Shown: positions 1 to 12,763, numbered from the stretch's first letter. The stretch: 51,906 nucleotides of DNA from Octopus bimaculoides (GCF_001194135.2 NC_068991.1:887021-938926), one strand, 5' to 3'. The notes: generated from the sequence alone by a model not told the origin. Program-made: numbers and translations.

Positions 1-25
1 ATATATATATATATATATATATACA

Positions 26-147
26 CAACAGTCTTCCGCATAGTTTCCGTGTCTTACATTCACTGACAAGGCATGGGTCGGCCCGAAGACGAACGGAAGC
101 TGAAACCACGCTGTTGCGAAACGAGCTTCTTAACCACACAGCCATAT
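26..147 (-). mobile_element. SINE family A (tRNA-like head), truncated
   Basis: TGTGTGGTTAAGAAGC.. head; homologous to 8345, 9095, 24915, 31125, 39146 and 51672. Confidence 0.75.
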
Positions 148-1384
148 TTGGTATAACAAACTTCAATGATTCCAGGGCCATTCCAGTCACGACCATCACT
201 ACAGCGTATAAAGCAGCGCTACTTTATCCCATGTACGGTCTACTTTTGAGATGGTAATGTAAGATTTTAGCTGCTGATTTTAGTAGATCAAGTGACAAGA
301 AGCATGGAGGTTTTACATTGGTCGTGGCTTAGCCTTTAACCAGCTATAATCGATGATCAATGGCATTCCAGTCATGGCCATCCCATCCTTTTTTCCTAAA
401 TGCAAGGAAATCAAGACCGCGTCATCTAATGATGGTCAGGTGTGTTTTAGGTGAGGGTTGCCTAGTATTTCTAGCAGTAAGGATGACTACTTAGAGCCTC
501 TCCCGCTGCATGATGATGATGATGATGGTGATGACGATGATGATGATAGCGGTAGGTTGACGGGTGGTGCTGGTGCCCATGGTAGACGTTGGTGTGCATG
601 TATGTTGTTGTTGTTGATGATGATGATGATGATGATGACACATGACCAAAATCAGTCCTAATTAGGTGAGGATTCAAGTAAAACTGTCAGCTAAGACATG
701 TCATAGAACAATGACATGTCATAAAGTGTGAAGTATTTGATAATCGCAGTGGAAGGCATCGACACCTGAACAGTTTAGATATCTAATTAATACCTTCGCT
801 ATCGTGGCAGGTGTAAATGGATACGCGGGGATATGTATGTATGTATGTATGTATGCATGTATATGGGGGTGCGTGCGTGTATGCGTCAGTGTGCGTGAAC
901 GTATATGTTGGCGTCTGTGTGTGTGTGTCTGACGATGTGACGTGTGAGTGTATATGCGAATGTGTATGTGTACGCTGACGCACACTCACGTCTGCATGGA
1001 TGTAGAAATTGTGTTTATTTGGCAAATTCGTTAAAGCGGAGTGTTTCCTATCATACTCTTATGTTGCAGAATTTCGTTAAACGGAAACTGTGTGGAAGCT
1101 TATATAAAGAGAAGTTCTAATTCTTGGATAACAGACTTAATATGTCACCTTATTTAACCCTACCACCTGATTGTGGGGCAGGGTTAGAGGAAAGCCTGCC
1201 ATGCAGAGTTTTTGTTTGGAGATCATCAGCCACAAGCACGGTGGCCTCCCTCTGTCCAGGAATCGGCTTCCCTAGACTCCTCAGCTAACCTCTGTACTGC
1301 ATACAATCAGCCGAGCTTTGGATTCTATTGTCACACCACAAATGTCTTTGACACTCTCTTGCACTCTTGCCCTCCACATTGTTA

Positions 1385-1612
1385 TATTCTGCCAATTGTC
1401 CCCTATGGGGAAGAAACAATGGACAGAGCAACGGGACAGAAAAGATAGAAGCGTTTGAGATGTGGATCCTTCGTAGATTGGGAAGAATCAACTGGAAAGA
1501 AACGGTAGTTAATGTCGCAGAACTCGAAAAGCTGAAAATCCAAAGACAGCCGTGGTCAAGAATCAAGTCTACAAAGCTATCATACTTTGGGCATACGATA
1601 CGCCGAGCAAAA
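1385..1612 (+). mobile_element. RTE-clade LINE RT C-terminal fragment
   Basis: ILPIVPYGEET..KIEAFEMWILRRLGRINWKETV..KLSYFGHTIRR. Confidence 0.85.
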
Positions 1613-1790
1613 TGCTTGGCGCTATTTCGTCTGTCTTTACGTTCTGAACTCAAATTCCGCCGAGGTTGACGTTGCCTTTCATCCTTTCGGAGTCGATAAA
1701 ACAAGTACCAGTTACACGTTGAGGCCGATGTAATTAGCTAGGCCACCTCGCTTCCTCCAAATTCAGGTCGTGTGCCTATTTTGGACACAC
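1612..1790 (+). mobile_element. SINE family B
   Basis: Core GCCTTTCATCCTTTCGGAGTCGATAAAA.AAGTACCAG; copies at 8185, 17770, 36345, 45907, 46065, 46615 and 49850. Confidence 0.8.
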
Positions 1791-1971
1791 GATGCGTAAC
1801 GACTTATGTTTGATGAAATTTTCCTCCATTCCTTCTCCTTAATGTCGGCGTCCTAAACAGGTGACGCTGCTGTTTTTCCTTGAACAAAACCATTAAAAGA
1901 ACTGGGTCTGCTCTTTGTACACACTCTTATTGAGTCAATAACCACGCAAAGAAATTTTTAGATACACCTAC

Positions 1972-2088
1972 CTCGTCATCTTCAAAATCGAGACGGATAT
2001 CTTCTTCTAAAAAACGTTTGGAAGGCAGTTCATCTTGAGGAAATATATATTCCCAATTGGTGCCATCATTCAGATCGTACTGCATCTT
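1972..2088 (-). CDS. DRC7: DRC7 coding exon 7 (absent from the ORF track); gene continues left of the window
   Basis: 117 bp, phase 0/0: KMQYDLNDGTNWEYIFPQDELPSKRFLEEDIRLDFEDDE (cf. DLIFDLGDPVRWEY). ttgcAG/GTAGGT. Confidence 0.9.
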
Positions 2089-2361
2089 CTGCAAGAATTT
2101 TAAAATTCATCACAATCAACTAACTTTTCTCCACACAAGAACTGAGCGATAGAAAATTCTTAAAACATCAATTTCTGTGTGACTGTTATTAAGAATTTAC
2201 AATGAAAAGTGTTAGCTTGCTCGTCTTCGTCAGATTGTCTGTCGAAGAAGTCAAAGCTTCGAACTCACTATTAATCTCTTCCTCTTCAAAAAAGTATTGA
2301 GAGATCCTTCAGTTTCATGCTAAGTTGTTTTGATATATACAACTTGACACAAAAACAAAGA

Positions 2362-2482
2362 TTAAGAAGGAGGGACTGACCGACCGACGGATGGACGGAG
2401 GGAAGGATGGACGGAGGGGAGGATGAATGGGTGGAAGGAAAGACGGACGGACAAATCGATAGTTAGATAGATCGATCGATCG

Positions 2483-2537
<55 letters not shown>

Positions 2538-2700
2538 CAAATGGATAGATAGGTCTATCGATAAATAGATAGATAAATAGACAGACAGACAATACAGACA
2601 GACAGATCAATCGATCGATAGATAAACAGACAGACAGACTGATCGATCGATCGATAGACAGACAGATAGATAGATAAATTAGATAGATAGATAGATTCTA
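2362..2700. repeat. Compound tetranucleotide microsatellite (GGAC/GATA/GACA/GATC)n
   Basis: Direct inspection. Confidence 0.95.
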
Positions 2701-3059
2701 TCACTATGTATAGAATGCAAACACGTTCTTTCTGTGCCACAAAAGAGACAGAAAGTGTCTTGACTGACAGTTTCACCGTTCGTTAACCGCTTCTCAGAGA
2801 AGGCGTAGCCATGTTCGTTTCTCAACTAACAGCATGGGTCAGCTCTTATAGAAACAATTTAATGAATTAGGCCAGAACATTAGCAGATAACTTAATTTGC
2901 ATCTTAAAACTTTTGATAGCTTGTCATTAAAATAGATATTGCATAAAATAGATATCATTTCATTAATGACGAGTCGTCAAAAGGACTAATATGCAGATTA
3001 GGTTATCCATTAATGTGCTAGCCTAATTTTTGACTGCTATATGTATGTGCGCGCGCGCG

Positions 3060-3110
<51 letters not shown>

Positions 3111-3786
3111 NNNNNNNNNNNNNNNNNNNNNNNNNNNNNNNNNNNNNNNNNNNNNNNNNNNNNNNNNNNNNNNNNNNNNNNNNNNNNNNNNNNNNNNNNN
3201 NNNNNNNNNNNNNNNNNNNNNNNNNNNNNNNNNNNNNNNNNNNNNNNNNNNNNNNNNNNNNNNNNNNNNNNNNNNNNNNNNNNNNNNNNNNNNNNNNNNN
3301 NNNNNNNNNNNNNNNNNNNNNNNNNNNNNNNNNNNNNNNNNNNNNNNNNNNNNNNNNNNNNNNNNNNNNNNNNNNNNNNNNNNNNNNNNNNNNNNNNNNN
3401 NNNNNNNNNNNNNNNNNNNNNNNNNNNNNNNNNNNNNNNNNNNNNNNNNNNNNNNNNNNNNNNNNNNNNNNNNNNNNNNNNNNNNNNNNNNNNNNNNNNN
3501 NNNNNNNNNNNNNNNNNNNNNNNNNNNNNNNNNNNNNNNNNNNNNNNNNNNNNNNNNNNNNNNNNNNNNNNNNNNNNNNNNNNNNNNNNNNNNNNNNNNN
3601 NNNNNNNNNNNNNNNNNNNNNNNNNNNNNNNNNNNNNNNNNNNNNNNNNNNNNNNNNNNNNNNNNNNNAATGGAGCAACAAATACAAGAAAAAGCATTTT
3701 CGTTGGACTAGATAGCCGTTGTTTTATTATGTGGAGTTTGTGAAATGAGTCAGTGTGGAGGTTTATCGAGGCAAACCTACCACTTA

Positions 3787-3833
<47 letters not shown>

Positions 3834-5250
3834 GTGTGTGTATATAGCAACACGGAAATCGGAGATTTTGCTCCGCCTACGACTTTCTGCCGCAACTACA
3901 GTTTAGCCAAGTTGGTAGGTTTCACTGTTGATAGTCACCAGTTTGGCGAGTGATTCGTATTGATGAGAAGAATTGTGGTTGACGTAATACTGGGATAGAA
4001 GAGAGAAAGAATAAACATCCAAATTATTTAATCTCGCTTAAAGAATAAATATTCTGACTCACAACGGATCCGTGATTAAGAACAGTAAAAGAAAATAATA
4101 TTTAAACAGAACAGTGACATTATGAATAAATATACAGAAAAGAAAAATCCATAGACATTGTCAGTATTTACATACAGCAGAAGATAAAATGTCCGATAAT
4201 TGAGAAGCTGAAGAAAATTGTTGCATGTCACAGAAAGAACATTCGCAGACAACAAACAAAATTACGTATTGTGGAGGAGAAAATATGAGTATGTAGTGAG
4301 GACGAATCAGATGCGGAAAAGACAAGGATTGTTTGAGTAAATCCCGACTCTAAGTTTTGTTCTGAAAATGGGTTTTTCAAACAAACTGGACACAAACATT
4401 TCACTGAAAGAAAGGGCACAGACGGATGCTGACTGGCTGATTATTTCTGCAGTGTGTTGTCCATGATTTGGAATAACACCAAACTCGAAGTCATATGCCT
4501 GACCAATTGAACAAACGATGTGGCCGAGGTGTGTCACAAGCACAGATATGTGCTGATGCGAATGAGTGAATGTATTTCACTGTGGGTGTAGTAAACAGAT
4601 GTAAGACTTAAAAACATAGAGTAATGTGTGCGTAAAAGTTTTAGTGAGAGACAGAATAATGTGTTTGTATAACTGTATTCGTGAAAGAAAAATATTAAGA
4701 TTTACACTATAAAATATTCATAGAATATTCAAAGCACTTACAAAAACAAAAGGAAATTTTCAAAGAAATGCCATTTATAGAAAGAAAAAAAACATTCAAC
4801 TTATGGGGAGAAAAAATTCTGTAGTAGGTATTTCTTTAGATGACGACATTTCGAAATGAGCTCAATCCTAGAATATAATCTAAGACTTGCATGATAACGC
4901 TAATCTAGGACTTGTATGGTGACGTTAATCTGTAGAGATGTCTTTCACGGTGACGTTAATCTGCAGGGAAGTACGATTTACCCAATCAAGAACCACCTAA
5001 CATGTTTCTCTTAGTTTTTTCATCCCTTACTCCTTCCACCTTATTCTTTACCGTTGTATTTCCCCACACTGTAACATCCAATAGATTCACCCAACAACTG
5101 CCAACAAGACAGGATGGCCACAACCTGGATGTCTGATCGGGAGTAGCCAAGAGTTGACTGTATTCCCGTGACCACAACATAAAATAATCAGTGAACAAGT
5201 AACGACTGCATTTCTACTTGTCCACCCCACTGTATACAATGAATACTAAC

Positions 5251-5469
5251 CGAAATTCCATTTGAGCAGTCTTGCATATTAACCCAGTAATTCTTGTGAT
5301 TCCATGCCGATTCTATGCCAAGGTAGCTGTCTGTCTTTAGTGGTTGCGCCTCTCCTGTGAAGGGTTCAATGAAGAAACTCTCGCCCACTTCTCGTATCCC
5401 TGACAACACCAACACCCAGCTGTGAACGCGCATCCCTCGCATCAAGTCAATGGCTGGCTCTTCAAGTTT
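5251..5469 (-). CDS. DRC7: DRC7 coding exon 6
   Basis: KLEEPAIDLMRGMRVHSWVLVLSGIREVGESFFIEPFTG...LGIESAWNHKNYWVNMQDCSNGIS. gacAG/GTTAGT. Confidence 0.97.
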
Positions 5470-5479
5470 CTGTCAAAAA

Positions 5480-5491
5480 CAACAACAACTA

Positions 5492-5535
<44 letters not shown>

Positions 5536-5543
5536 ATAGTAGT

Positions 5544-5577
<34 letters not shown>

Positions 5578-5586
5578 ATAGTAGTG
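5480..5586. repeat. (TAG)n/(CAG)n compound microsatellite abutting the DRC7 exon 6 acceptor
   Basis: Direct inspection. Confidence 0.95.
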
Positions 5587-6135
5587 ATGGTTTGAGAAAA
5601 TTTGAGAAACAAAAAGACAATAAGTAAACAAGATATATCGCAACAACATTGACAAGTCAGAACATATGACATGATCCAGAGTATGATATATCGTTAAGCA
5701 ACGTATTATACCAGTTATACATTACCACTATATGACGCCGCAACAGTATATGCCAGATAAATAGCTAGCTAGCTAGCTAGATAGATAGATACACGTATAT
5801 AAATAAATGTATGTATGTGTGTCTCGTATAACCTGTACACCGTATGGTATCGTCGAAACAAACTATGACGTTACAACAATATGCAGTGCGTCACAGGTAC
5901 GACATAACAATATAAGATAAATGTCACATCAATATGCAAACGGAATATGCATGTGTACGACCTGAAATCCAAAGAATGTCTCGAGAAAGAAATTTGCTTG
6001 ACAGAAACTTTATTTTGCATTTTCTGAAGAAAGGCAATTGTCCGAAACGTCATTTTCCCTCGTCACTCATTTTCATTATATTTATCAATCAACTCTTGTA
6101 GAATATACTTTGGGATGAATGAAAGTGAAACTTAC

Positions 6136-6294
6136 AGCAATCCGAGCGTGTTCTTCAGCAACAACTTTTTCTTCATTTTCCTTCTTCTCTTTCAGAGCTC
6201 GAGCCACTTGTTTGGCTTCAAATTTACTGGTCAAATCCTTCGGCGGTCGTACAGCATACTTCTTTATCACGTTTACTGGCACTGGCAGCTCAAC
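6136..6294 (-). CDS. DRC7: DRC7 coding exon 5
   Basis: VELPVPVNVIKKYAVRPPKDLTSKFEAKQ...EEHARIA (cf. KKYTIKPPRDLCSRFE). gatcAG/GTAAGT, phase 0/0. Confidence 0.95.
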
Positions 6295-8184
6295 CTGATC
6301 GGAATTAATACAATCAATTACCAGACGTGCATGATGGCATAAAGAAAGCAATTGATATCGTATTGGACATGACTGGCATGCATGATATCACAGACCAAAT
6401 ATACACAGCAGACAGAGGCATGTTAGATAAATACACCATATCACAGATACAAGACATCGAATCAGATACAGCAAATATGTATGATATTAGATAAGATGTA
6501 TTAAACATGAATGTTTGTACAGCGGGGACATCAAACATCCGTTATTGTATTTACTATACCAGATACACATCTATATCTGTCACAGCAGACATATATATAC
6601 ATATAACATTATATCTACCAAACCACACACACACACACATATCATAACAGACATGTGCATATATGTATGATATAACTACCATACCATTACATGTATATAC
6701 GTATAAGTGTATGTATGTATATATATATGCATATATGTATATATGCATATATGTATATATGCATATATGTATATATATATATATATATANNNNNNNNNNN
6801 NNNNNNNNNNNNNNNNNNNNNNNNNNNNNNNNNNNNNNNNNNNNNNNNNNNNNNNNNNNNNNNNNNNNNNNNNNNNNNNNNNNNNNNNNNNNNNNNNNNN
6901 NNNNNNNNNNNNNNNNNNNNNNNNNNNNNNNNNNNNNNNNNNNNNNNNNNNNNNNNNNNNNNNNNNNNNNNNNNNNNNNNNNNNNNNNNNNNNNNNNNNN
7001 NNNNNNNNNNNNNNNNNNNNNNNNNNNNNNNNNNNNNNNNNNNNNNNNNNNNNNNNNNNNNNNNNNNNNNNNNNNNNNNNNNNNNNNNNNNNNNNNNNNN
7101 NNNNNNNNNNNNNNNNNNNNNNNNNNNNNNNNNNNNNNNNNNNNNNNNNNNNNNNNNNNNNNNNNNNNNNNNNNNNNNNNNNNNNNNNNNNNNNNNNNNN
7201 NNNNNNNNNNNNNNNNNNNNNNNNNNNNNNNNNNNNNNNNNNNNNNNNNNNNNNNNNNNNNNNNNNNNNNNNNNNNNNNNNNNNNNNNNNNNNNNNNNNN
7301 NNNNNNNNNNNNNNNNNNNNNNNNNNNNNNNNNNNNNNNNNNNNNNNNNNNNNNNNNNNNNNNNNNNNNNNNNNNNNNNNNNNNNNNNNNNNNNNNNNNN
7401 NNNNNNNNNNNNNNNNNNNNNNNNNNNNNNNNNNNNNNNNNNNNNNNNNNNNNNNNNNNNNNNNNNNNNNNNNNNNNNNNNNNNNNNNNNNNNNNNNNAG
7501 GATGATAGAGATGTGGCCATCCTGATACAGGAACGCCTCTAGGGATAATCGAGGAACCCTATTGTCCGAGATTTCCCTGAAACCCCAGGGGCAAGTGCAC
7601 TCTCCAATTCCTTCTCTCCGACTCACAGGTCAACACTTAGAGAGGTACAATAATAATGATAATGTTTGTCTTGATAATAATGTCGGTTGTATTAATAATG
7701 TTGTTTGGTTTCTTATTCTAAATATTTGGCGCCTTCAATTCCGGAGGAAGAATAAAAATTAAAGCAGATTGAAATTCAACAAAGCTATTTCGCCATAGAA
7801 TTCCGGTTCTTTGTTTGGTTAAAGAATATTTAGTAGAAAATGAAATATTGTAAAATTGAGTTTGTTCTAAACCATCAAGTCACACACACACACACACATC
7901 TATAACTTATGAACTCGAAAGATACGCTTGTCTACATTTCAGCGGCAGGAGACAAGGCGGAGGGGGCGGGGCGTAGTTCGGGGTCAGCTTGAAAAGAAGT
8001 AAAGAATGAAGTGGAAGGGGGTAGACATTGGAAGTGAGAATCAGTGGAAGAGATGGGATAAGAAGGGATAAAATGGGAGATTTCGTGGGCGACGGAAACA
8101 AGACATGCATATGCAAACACATTCCCACGCAGATGCATTCGTCTAGCCACACACAGTCACACACACACACAGAAGGCAGCGAAC

Positions 8185-8320
8185 CGGCAGAATGGACTGC
8201 CCTCCGGACAAAATGTTAACGGCATTTCGTCCGTCTTTACGTTCGAAGTACAAATTTTGCCGAGATCGAACTTGTCTTTCATCCTTTCGGGGTCGATAAA
8301 ATAAGCACCCACCCCAACTC
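8185..8320 (+). mobile_element. SINE family B
   Basis: Same core as 1612-1790. Confidence 0.78.
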
Positions 8321-8344
8321 ACACAAACCCCAAAAATGCTCACG

Positions 8345-8686
8345 CTGTGCTGTAATTTAAAACCATTATTTCCAACCACAAGATTCCGAGTTCAGTCCCA
8401 GTGCGTGGCGCCTTGGGCAAGTGTCTTTTACTATAATCTCGGGCTGACCAAAGTCTTGTGAGTGGATTTGGTAGACGGAAACTGTATGGAAGCTTATATA
8501 TATATATACATNNNNNNNNNNNNNNNNNNNNNNNNNNNNNNNNNNNNNNNNNNNNNNNNNNNNNNNNNNNNNNNNNNNNNNNNNNNNNNNNNNNNNNNNN
8601 NNNNNNNNNNNNNNNNNNNNNNNNNNNNNNNNNNNNNNNNNNNNNNNNNNNNNNNNNNNNNNNNNNNNNNNNNNNNNNNNNNNNNN

Positions 8687-8717
<31 letters not shown>

Positions 8718-8930
8718 AAGTATATATGCATATATCTGTGTGTGTGACTTTGTGTCTATGTTTGTCCCCCACCACCGCTTGATAACCGGTGTTGGTGTAT
8801 TTACGTCCCCGTAACAGTTCGATAAAAAAGACCGCTAGAATAAGTACTAGGCTTTAAAACAAAATAAGTCCTCGGGTCGATTTCTTCAACTAAAACCCTT
8901 CAAGGCGGTGCCCCAGCATGGCTGCAGTGT
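8345..8930 (+). mobile_element. SINE family A, near full length, internal (AT)n with gap
   Basis: B-box-like GAGTTCAGTCCCA, CCTTGGGCAAGTGTC core; 3' half ends GGCGGTGCCCCAGCATGGC. Confidence 0.82.
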
Positions 8931-9094
8931 AAGATTACACACACACACACACACACATATATGTGTGTGTGTGTGTGTGTGTGCCACTCGAGGTAGCTCT
9001 TGGTTTTACTGTGTCACCCAGCTCCCTACATAGGCTTCCACAACAGACCCAAAAGCGCCGCCTGGGATGAACAGTCCCACCCCTCACTCCTTTC

Positions 9095-9220
9095 AGTTTC
9101 TGTCTACTAAATCCAACCCCAGGGCTATAATAAAAGCCACTTGCCCGAGGTGTCACGCAATGAGACTGAACTCAGACCCATGTGATTGGGAAGCAAACTT
9201 CTCATTGCACTGCCACGCCT
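9095..9220 (-). mobile_element. SINE family A, inverted relative to 8345 copy
   Basis: Reverse complement of the family A head. Confidence 0.78.
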
Positions 9221-9399
9221 TCACAATAGATCAAATATTTCCAACGCCCAGCTTTCCCGAGTGATCGACCCACGACTGCTAACGTAAAAGCTATGGAATT
9301 CCTGAATGATACAAGGGAAATAACTTTATTTGAAGAGTTGTTTCCCTTTATTGAAGTTTAAATCCCGTCCAAGTGATTGATTCTATTTAGTTTCTAGTT

Positions 9400-10000
9400 G
9401 TTTACACCCATGTCAACACCGATGAAGCGCTCCACCAATGACCGTCACCTCCTTTTACCACACAATGTACAGTCAAACTACATTTTTATTCAATACGATC
9501 TTATTCTCAAGCCATTAGTGTTGTATTGGTGTGAAAGAAGCTTTAAAGTTGGTTCACACCAAGCAACAGAGGGCGCTCGAGATGACGTAAAACAATGAAG
9601 AACGACTCAGTCGTGGGGTGTGGGAAAATAGGGCGGCGGAAGGGAAGACGGTGGCAAGTGCAATATTTTGGCCAGGTTATCAATTTCTACAACATCTTGG
9701 ACAGGATTGTCGATGCACCCCATGGCACAAATGTCAAACTGTGCCAGTTAACAATTGCTTCTGATGCAACCCCAACTTGCTTCATTGCAATAGACTGTTT
9801 AGAGTCCAGTTCGGTCCAGCAGTACATCAAAGTTACAAACCGTGTCAACAGCCGACGGACACCCGAGAAAAAACGAATCTGGTCTTCAGCTCCGACAGTA
9901 GTTGCAAATGGAACACCTCCACCTTCTTCCTTCAGGTACTGTCTCTTCTGATACTCAGAAGAATTGTGGTGGATCAATGCCAAAGATGCAACGAATCAGA
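9400..10000 (-). mobile_element. Second, more decayed Merlin-like transposase fossil (N-terminal part clearest, 9690-9940)
   Basis: EGRRWRCSICNYC, FFSG.R..LT..LMYCW, AIVNWH, DICAMGCIDNPVQDVVEID across frameshifts. Confidence 0.7.
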
Positions 10001-10526
10001 GATTGAGGAAGTCATGTTATTCACTAGGATTCGAATGTCACTCAGAATGTAATTCGTGTCAAACCATTAACAACAGTCAGTCATAAAGGGGTAGATTGGG
10101 CTTCGTCTGTACCCGTGTCGCTTTGGTAGCATGTGCTGCTCTTACACAATAAAGCAATTGGAGGCGCGGGAGGGGGGGATAATAAAGGTATAAAACAAAA
10201 ATTAGAACTAAATAGTTGTCCTTTTCCTTTCAAAAGAATTGTTAGCACTATAGAAGAGTGGCCCCGACTCACACACCCATGCTAGTCAGTAGATGGACAG
10301 GCAAGTCAGTGAAACCCACAATAAAAAATTTAAAAAAACCTTCCACATGTATAAATAAGTGTAAACTGTAAATCAGGTGTAGCGGGGGGGGGGTATCTAT
10401 CTATCTAATAAAACAACCAACCAACTGAATGAATGAAAATAAAACAAATTTTGAAATCTGAAATAAAATCTTCCTCAAAATTAATCAAAGAAAGTTGAAA
10501 ATAATGAAATAAAATGTTATTCAAAA

Positions 10527-11130
10527 GTGAACCATTCTGAAAGATGTTTTAGAATATTCCAAAAACATTCCTCTCCAGTTTCCCCATATTTTCCCCTCCA
10601 AACAAACTCATCCAGATGCAATTCAATCACATTTCTCTCTACTCCCATCATACTTTTGCATCTTCCCAGAAACATTTTCAGCTGGATTGGTAATACTCGT
10701 CAGTTACTGGATCCACAGTCTTCTTTTTAGGATTTGCTTTGAAATGGGAATACCATGGTTCGGCATCAATGTCAGTTATTCCATTGTATCCACTCCAACA
10801 ATCAGAATGGTTAGTCGTTCCTGGTTCTATATACTTACTGATAAGAGGGAGCAAAGTTCCAGAGGAATGACCATTCCCAAACACCAGAAATCCTATTGCC
10901 CCATCCTCCAAGAGTCCACTTCTCCTCTGCTATTCTGCCTCTATTATACTTTCTTTTGCAAATCAAAGATTTCCCTATTTCAACAATGTGCCCAACTCCT
11001 CCGACTTGGTAGGGTTTACATACAAGATGGAGACTTGTTATGTCTCACATGCATTGATACCACTGTGTCACTGTTGCATCTGAAAAACCTGCCACATCAG
11101 ACGAGATATTTATGGAGTCAGAAGAATAAA
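10527..11130 (-). mobile_element. Merlin (IS1595/ISXO2-like) DNA transposon fossil, catalytic and C-terminal part
   Basis: Across frameshifts: QVGGVGHIVEIG..KRKYNRGRIAEEKWTLGG, TLLPLISKYIEPGTTNHSDCWSGY, VDPVT, HLDEFVWRGKYG..FWNILKHL. Confidence 0.88.
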
Positions 11131-11169
11131 GTCTAGGAGTCTCAACTTAGAATTTTCCAGAAATGAAGC

Positions 11170-11350
11170 TTGTGCCAGTGGCATATAAAAACCACCCACT
11201 ACACTCTCAGAGTGGTTGGCATTAGGAAGGGCATGCAGCTGTAGAAACTCTACCAGAGCAGACTGGAGCCTGGTGCAGCCATCCGGTTCACCAGTCCTCA
11301 GTCAAATCGTCCAACCCATGCTTGCATGGAAAGCGGACGTTAAACAATGA
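11170..11350 (+). mobile_element. RTE-tail repeat (family D)
   Basis: GTGGTTGGCATTAGGAAGGGCATGCAGC..GGAAAGCGGACGTTAAAC. Confidence 0.8.
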
Positions 11351-12271
11351 AGTTTTTTTTACCAGACTTTTTCAATTTTGTGTGTAGCATGGAAAAAATC
11401 TTTCCTTGTATTTTATCAGACTCATTTCCTTATTGCAAGATTAAGTCTGGTGTTATAGAATTCAACACTTTGTTTCTCCTTTACAAATAAATATGCAGCA
11501 TCAAAACTGAGGGTTGTTTTTTTTTTGCAGGTGCCACTGACTTGCACAGGTGCATACACCCCTGACTAGTGCAGGTGCACACATCAGGGCCACTCTTAAG
11601 TGGTACCAAATTGTTTATTTTACAATTCAAATTTATTTTCAATTAGCTGCAGGCCATTAAAAAAAACAAAAAAACCTTGCATTTATTATTTTTAAATTTT
11701 AATCAATTACAAACTTCAAACTGACCAAGGTATACTATTTCAAATAGAAACTTCATTCCAACATTCTTTTACAGGTCCTTGTCCATAAGTTGTGGCCCAA
11801 GCTAGAGCAACTGTGTCTATTGTTTGAATATTTCTAAAATAGGTTAATGGAATTTAGTCAATGGGATTGAAGGCTTTATTTTTTGTTGACCGTAAAGAAA
11901 ACTAGGAAAATGGCACTAAGGATAGACTGCAAGAAAACCAGCAGTTGTGACCTTGGTAGCCTGGTGAGGAAAAGCCCAGCATGACAAATGGATTGAGGAG
12001 TGGATGGCCCCAGCAGGGAAAGCGTCAAGGATTCTGTAATAATAGTAATAGCAGCACACAGCAGGGAGCTGGTGACGCATGGAAAGCAACCATTATACGA
12101 ATACACACACATTATATATATATATTTATATATATATATATATACATACATATACACATAAACATATTTATATACATACAATTTTAGATACTAAATATAA
12201 AAACACACACATATATACAAAATGTTTATTGTATACATAGAATATTAACAAAATTTTTTTAATGTTTTGAT

Positions 12272-12763
12272 ATGTTGTCTACAGATGCATTTAATAAAAT
12301 ATACCAAAACGAGAAAGTTTTCACAGAACTTGTGGTCCCACGAGGACATTTAAATGTTACCTGGGTTAGAACTGTTTTTCAACGTGTTCGTAATCTCTAT
12401 AACAAAAAAAGTGGTGGGAGGGGGAATATCAGTCAATTTCAGGACGAACCAACAATGCGTTATATTAAAGCAGCTGTAGCTCCCTTAGATCACACACTAA
12501 TGCTACAAATAAAGGATACGTCAGAGCAGAATGCGAGGCTAAAGGGTCTCTGGCCAGAATTGATGAACAGAAACACACGATCGATTAATGAAAGACTTAA
12601 GGTTGCAGTAGAAGAGGAAGAAAGACAAGAAAAAAAACAGGAAATATTTGAAATGGGAATGAAAAATAGGTTTTTAAAAATGGAAATGAGAAATGGGTTA
12701 AAAGAAAAAAAAAAAATCACTGAATATTTTGTCGTGTGTGTGTGTGTGGTTTGCTCAAAATAA
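12272..12763 (+). CDS. Unidentified 163-codon ORF (possible terminal exon from acceptor at 12283-12284)
   Basis: Long stop-free frame in very AT-rich DNA with protein-like composition. tctacAG acceptor; AATAAA overlaps the stop (12759-12764). No family recognised with confidence. Confidence 0.4.
   Translation: MLSTDAFNKIYQNEKVFTELVVPRGHLNVTWVRTVFQRVRNLYNKKSGGRGNISQFQDEPTMRYIKAAVAPLDHTLMLQIKDTSEQNARLKGLWPELMNRNTRSINERLKVAVEEEERQEKKQEIFEMGMKNRFLKMEMRNGLKEKKKITEYFVVCVCVVCSK

Noticed and set aside
694-721. Paired GACATGTCA palindromes resembling p53 half-sites
   Set aside because: Imperfect half-sites with a wide spacer; expected by chance.
2362-2700. Regular short repeats as a CRISPR-like array
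   Set aside because: Simple tetranucleotide microsatellite with no unique spacers, in eukaryotic context.
3023-3743. Long ORFs spanning N runs (also at 6.7-7.6, 20.5-21.7, 26.0-27.0 and 40.6-41.5 kb)
   Set aside because: Artefacts of N gaps and (AT)n microsatellites translated as X and YI repeats.
4228-4543. Two overlapping short minus ORFs in DRC7 intron 6
   Set aside because: Not needed for the DRC7 frame (exon 6 joins exon 7 in phase 0) and no homology recognised.
6314-6538. MFDVPAVQTF looks actin-like
   Set aside because: The match does not extend; low-complexity intronic sequence.
9595-9951. 118-aa plus-strand ORF
   Set aside because: Antisense to the decayed Merlin remnant; no recognisable product.
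10687-11136. 149-aa plus-strand ORF
   Set aside because: Antisense shadow of the Merlin transposase fossil.
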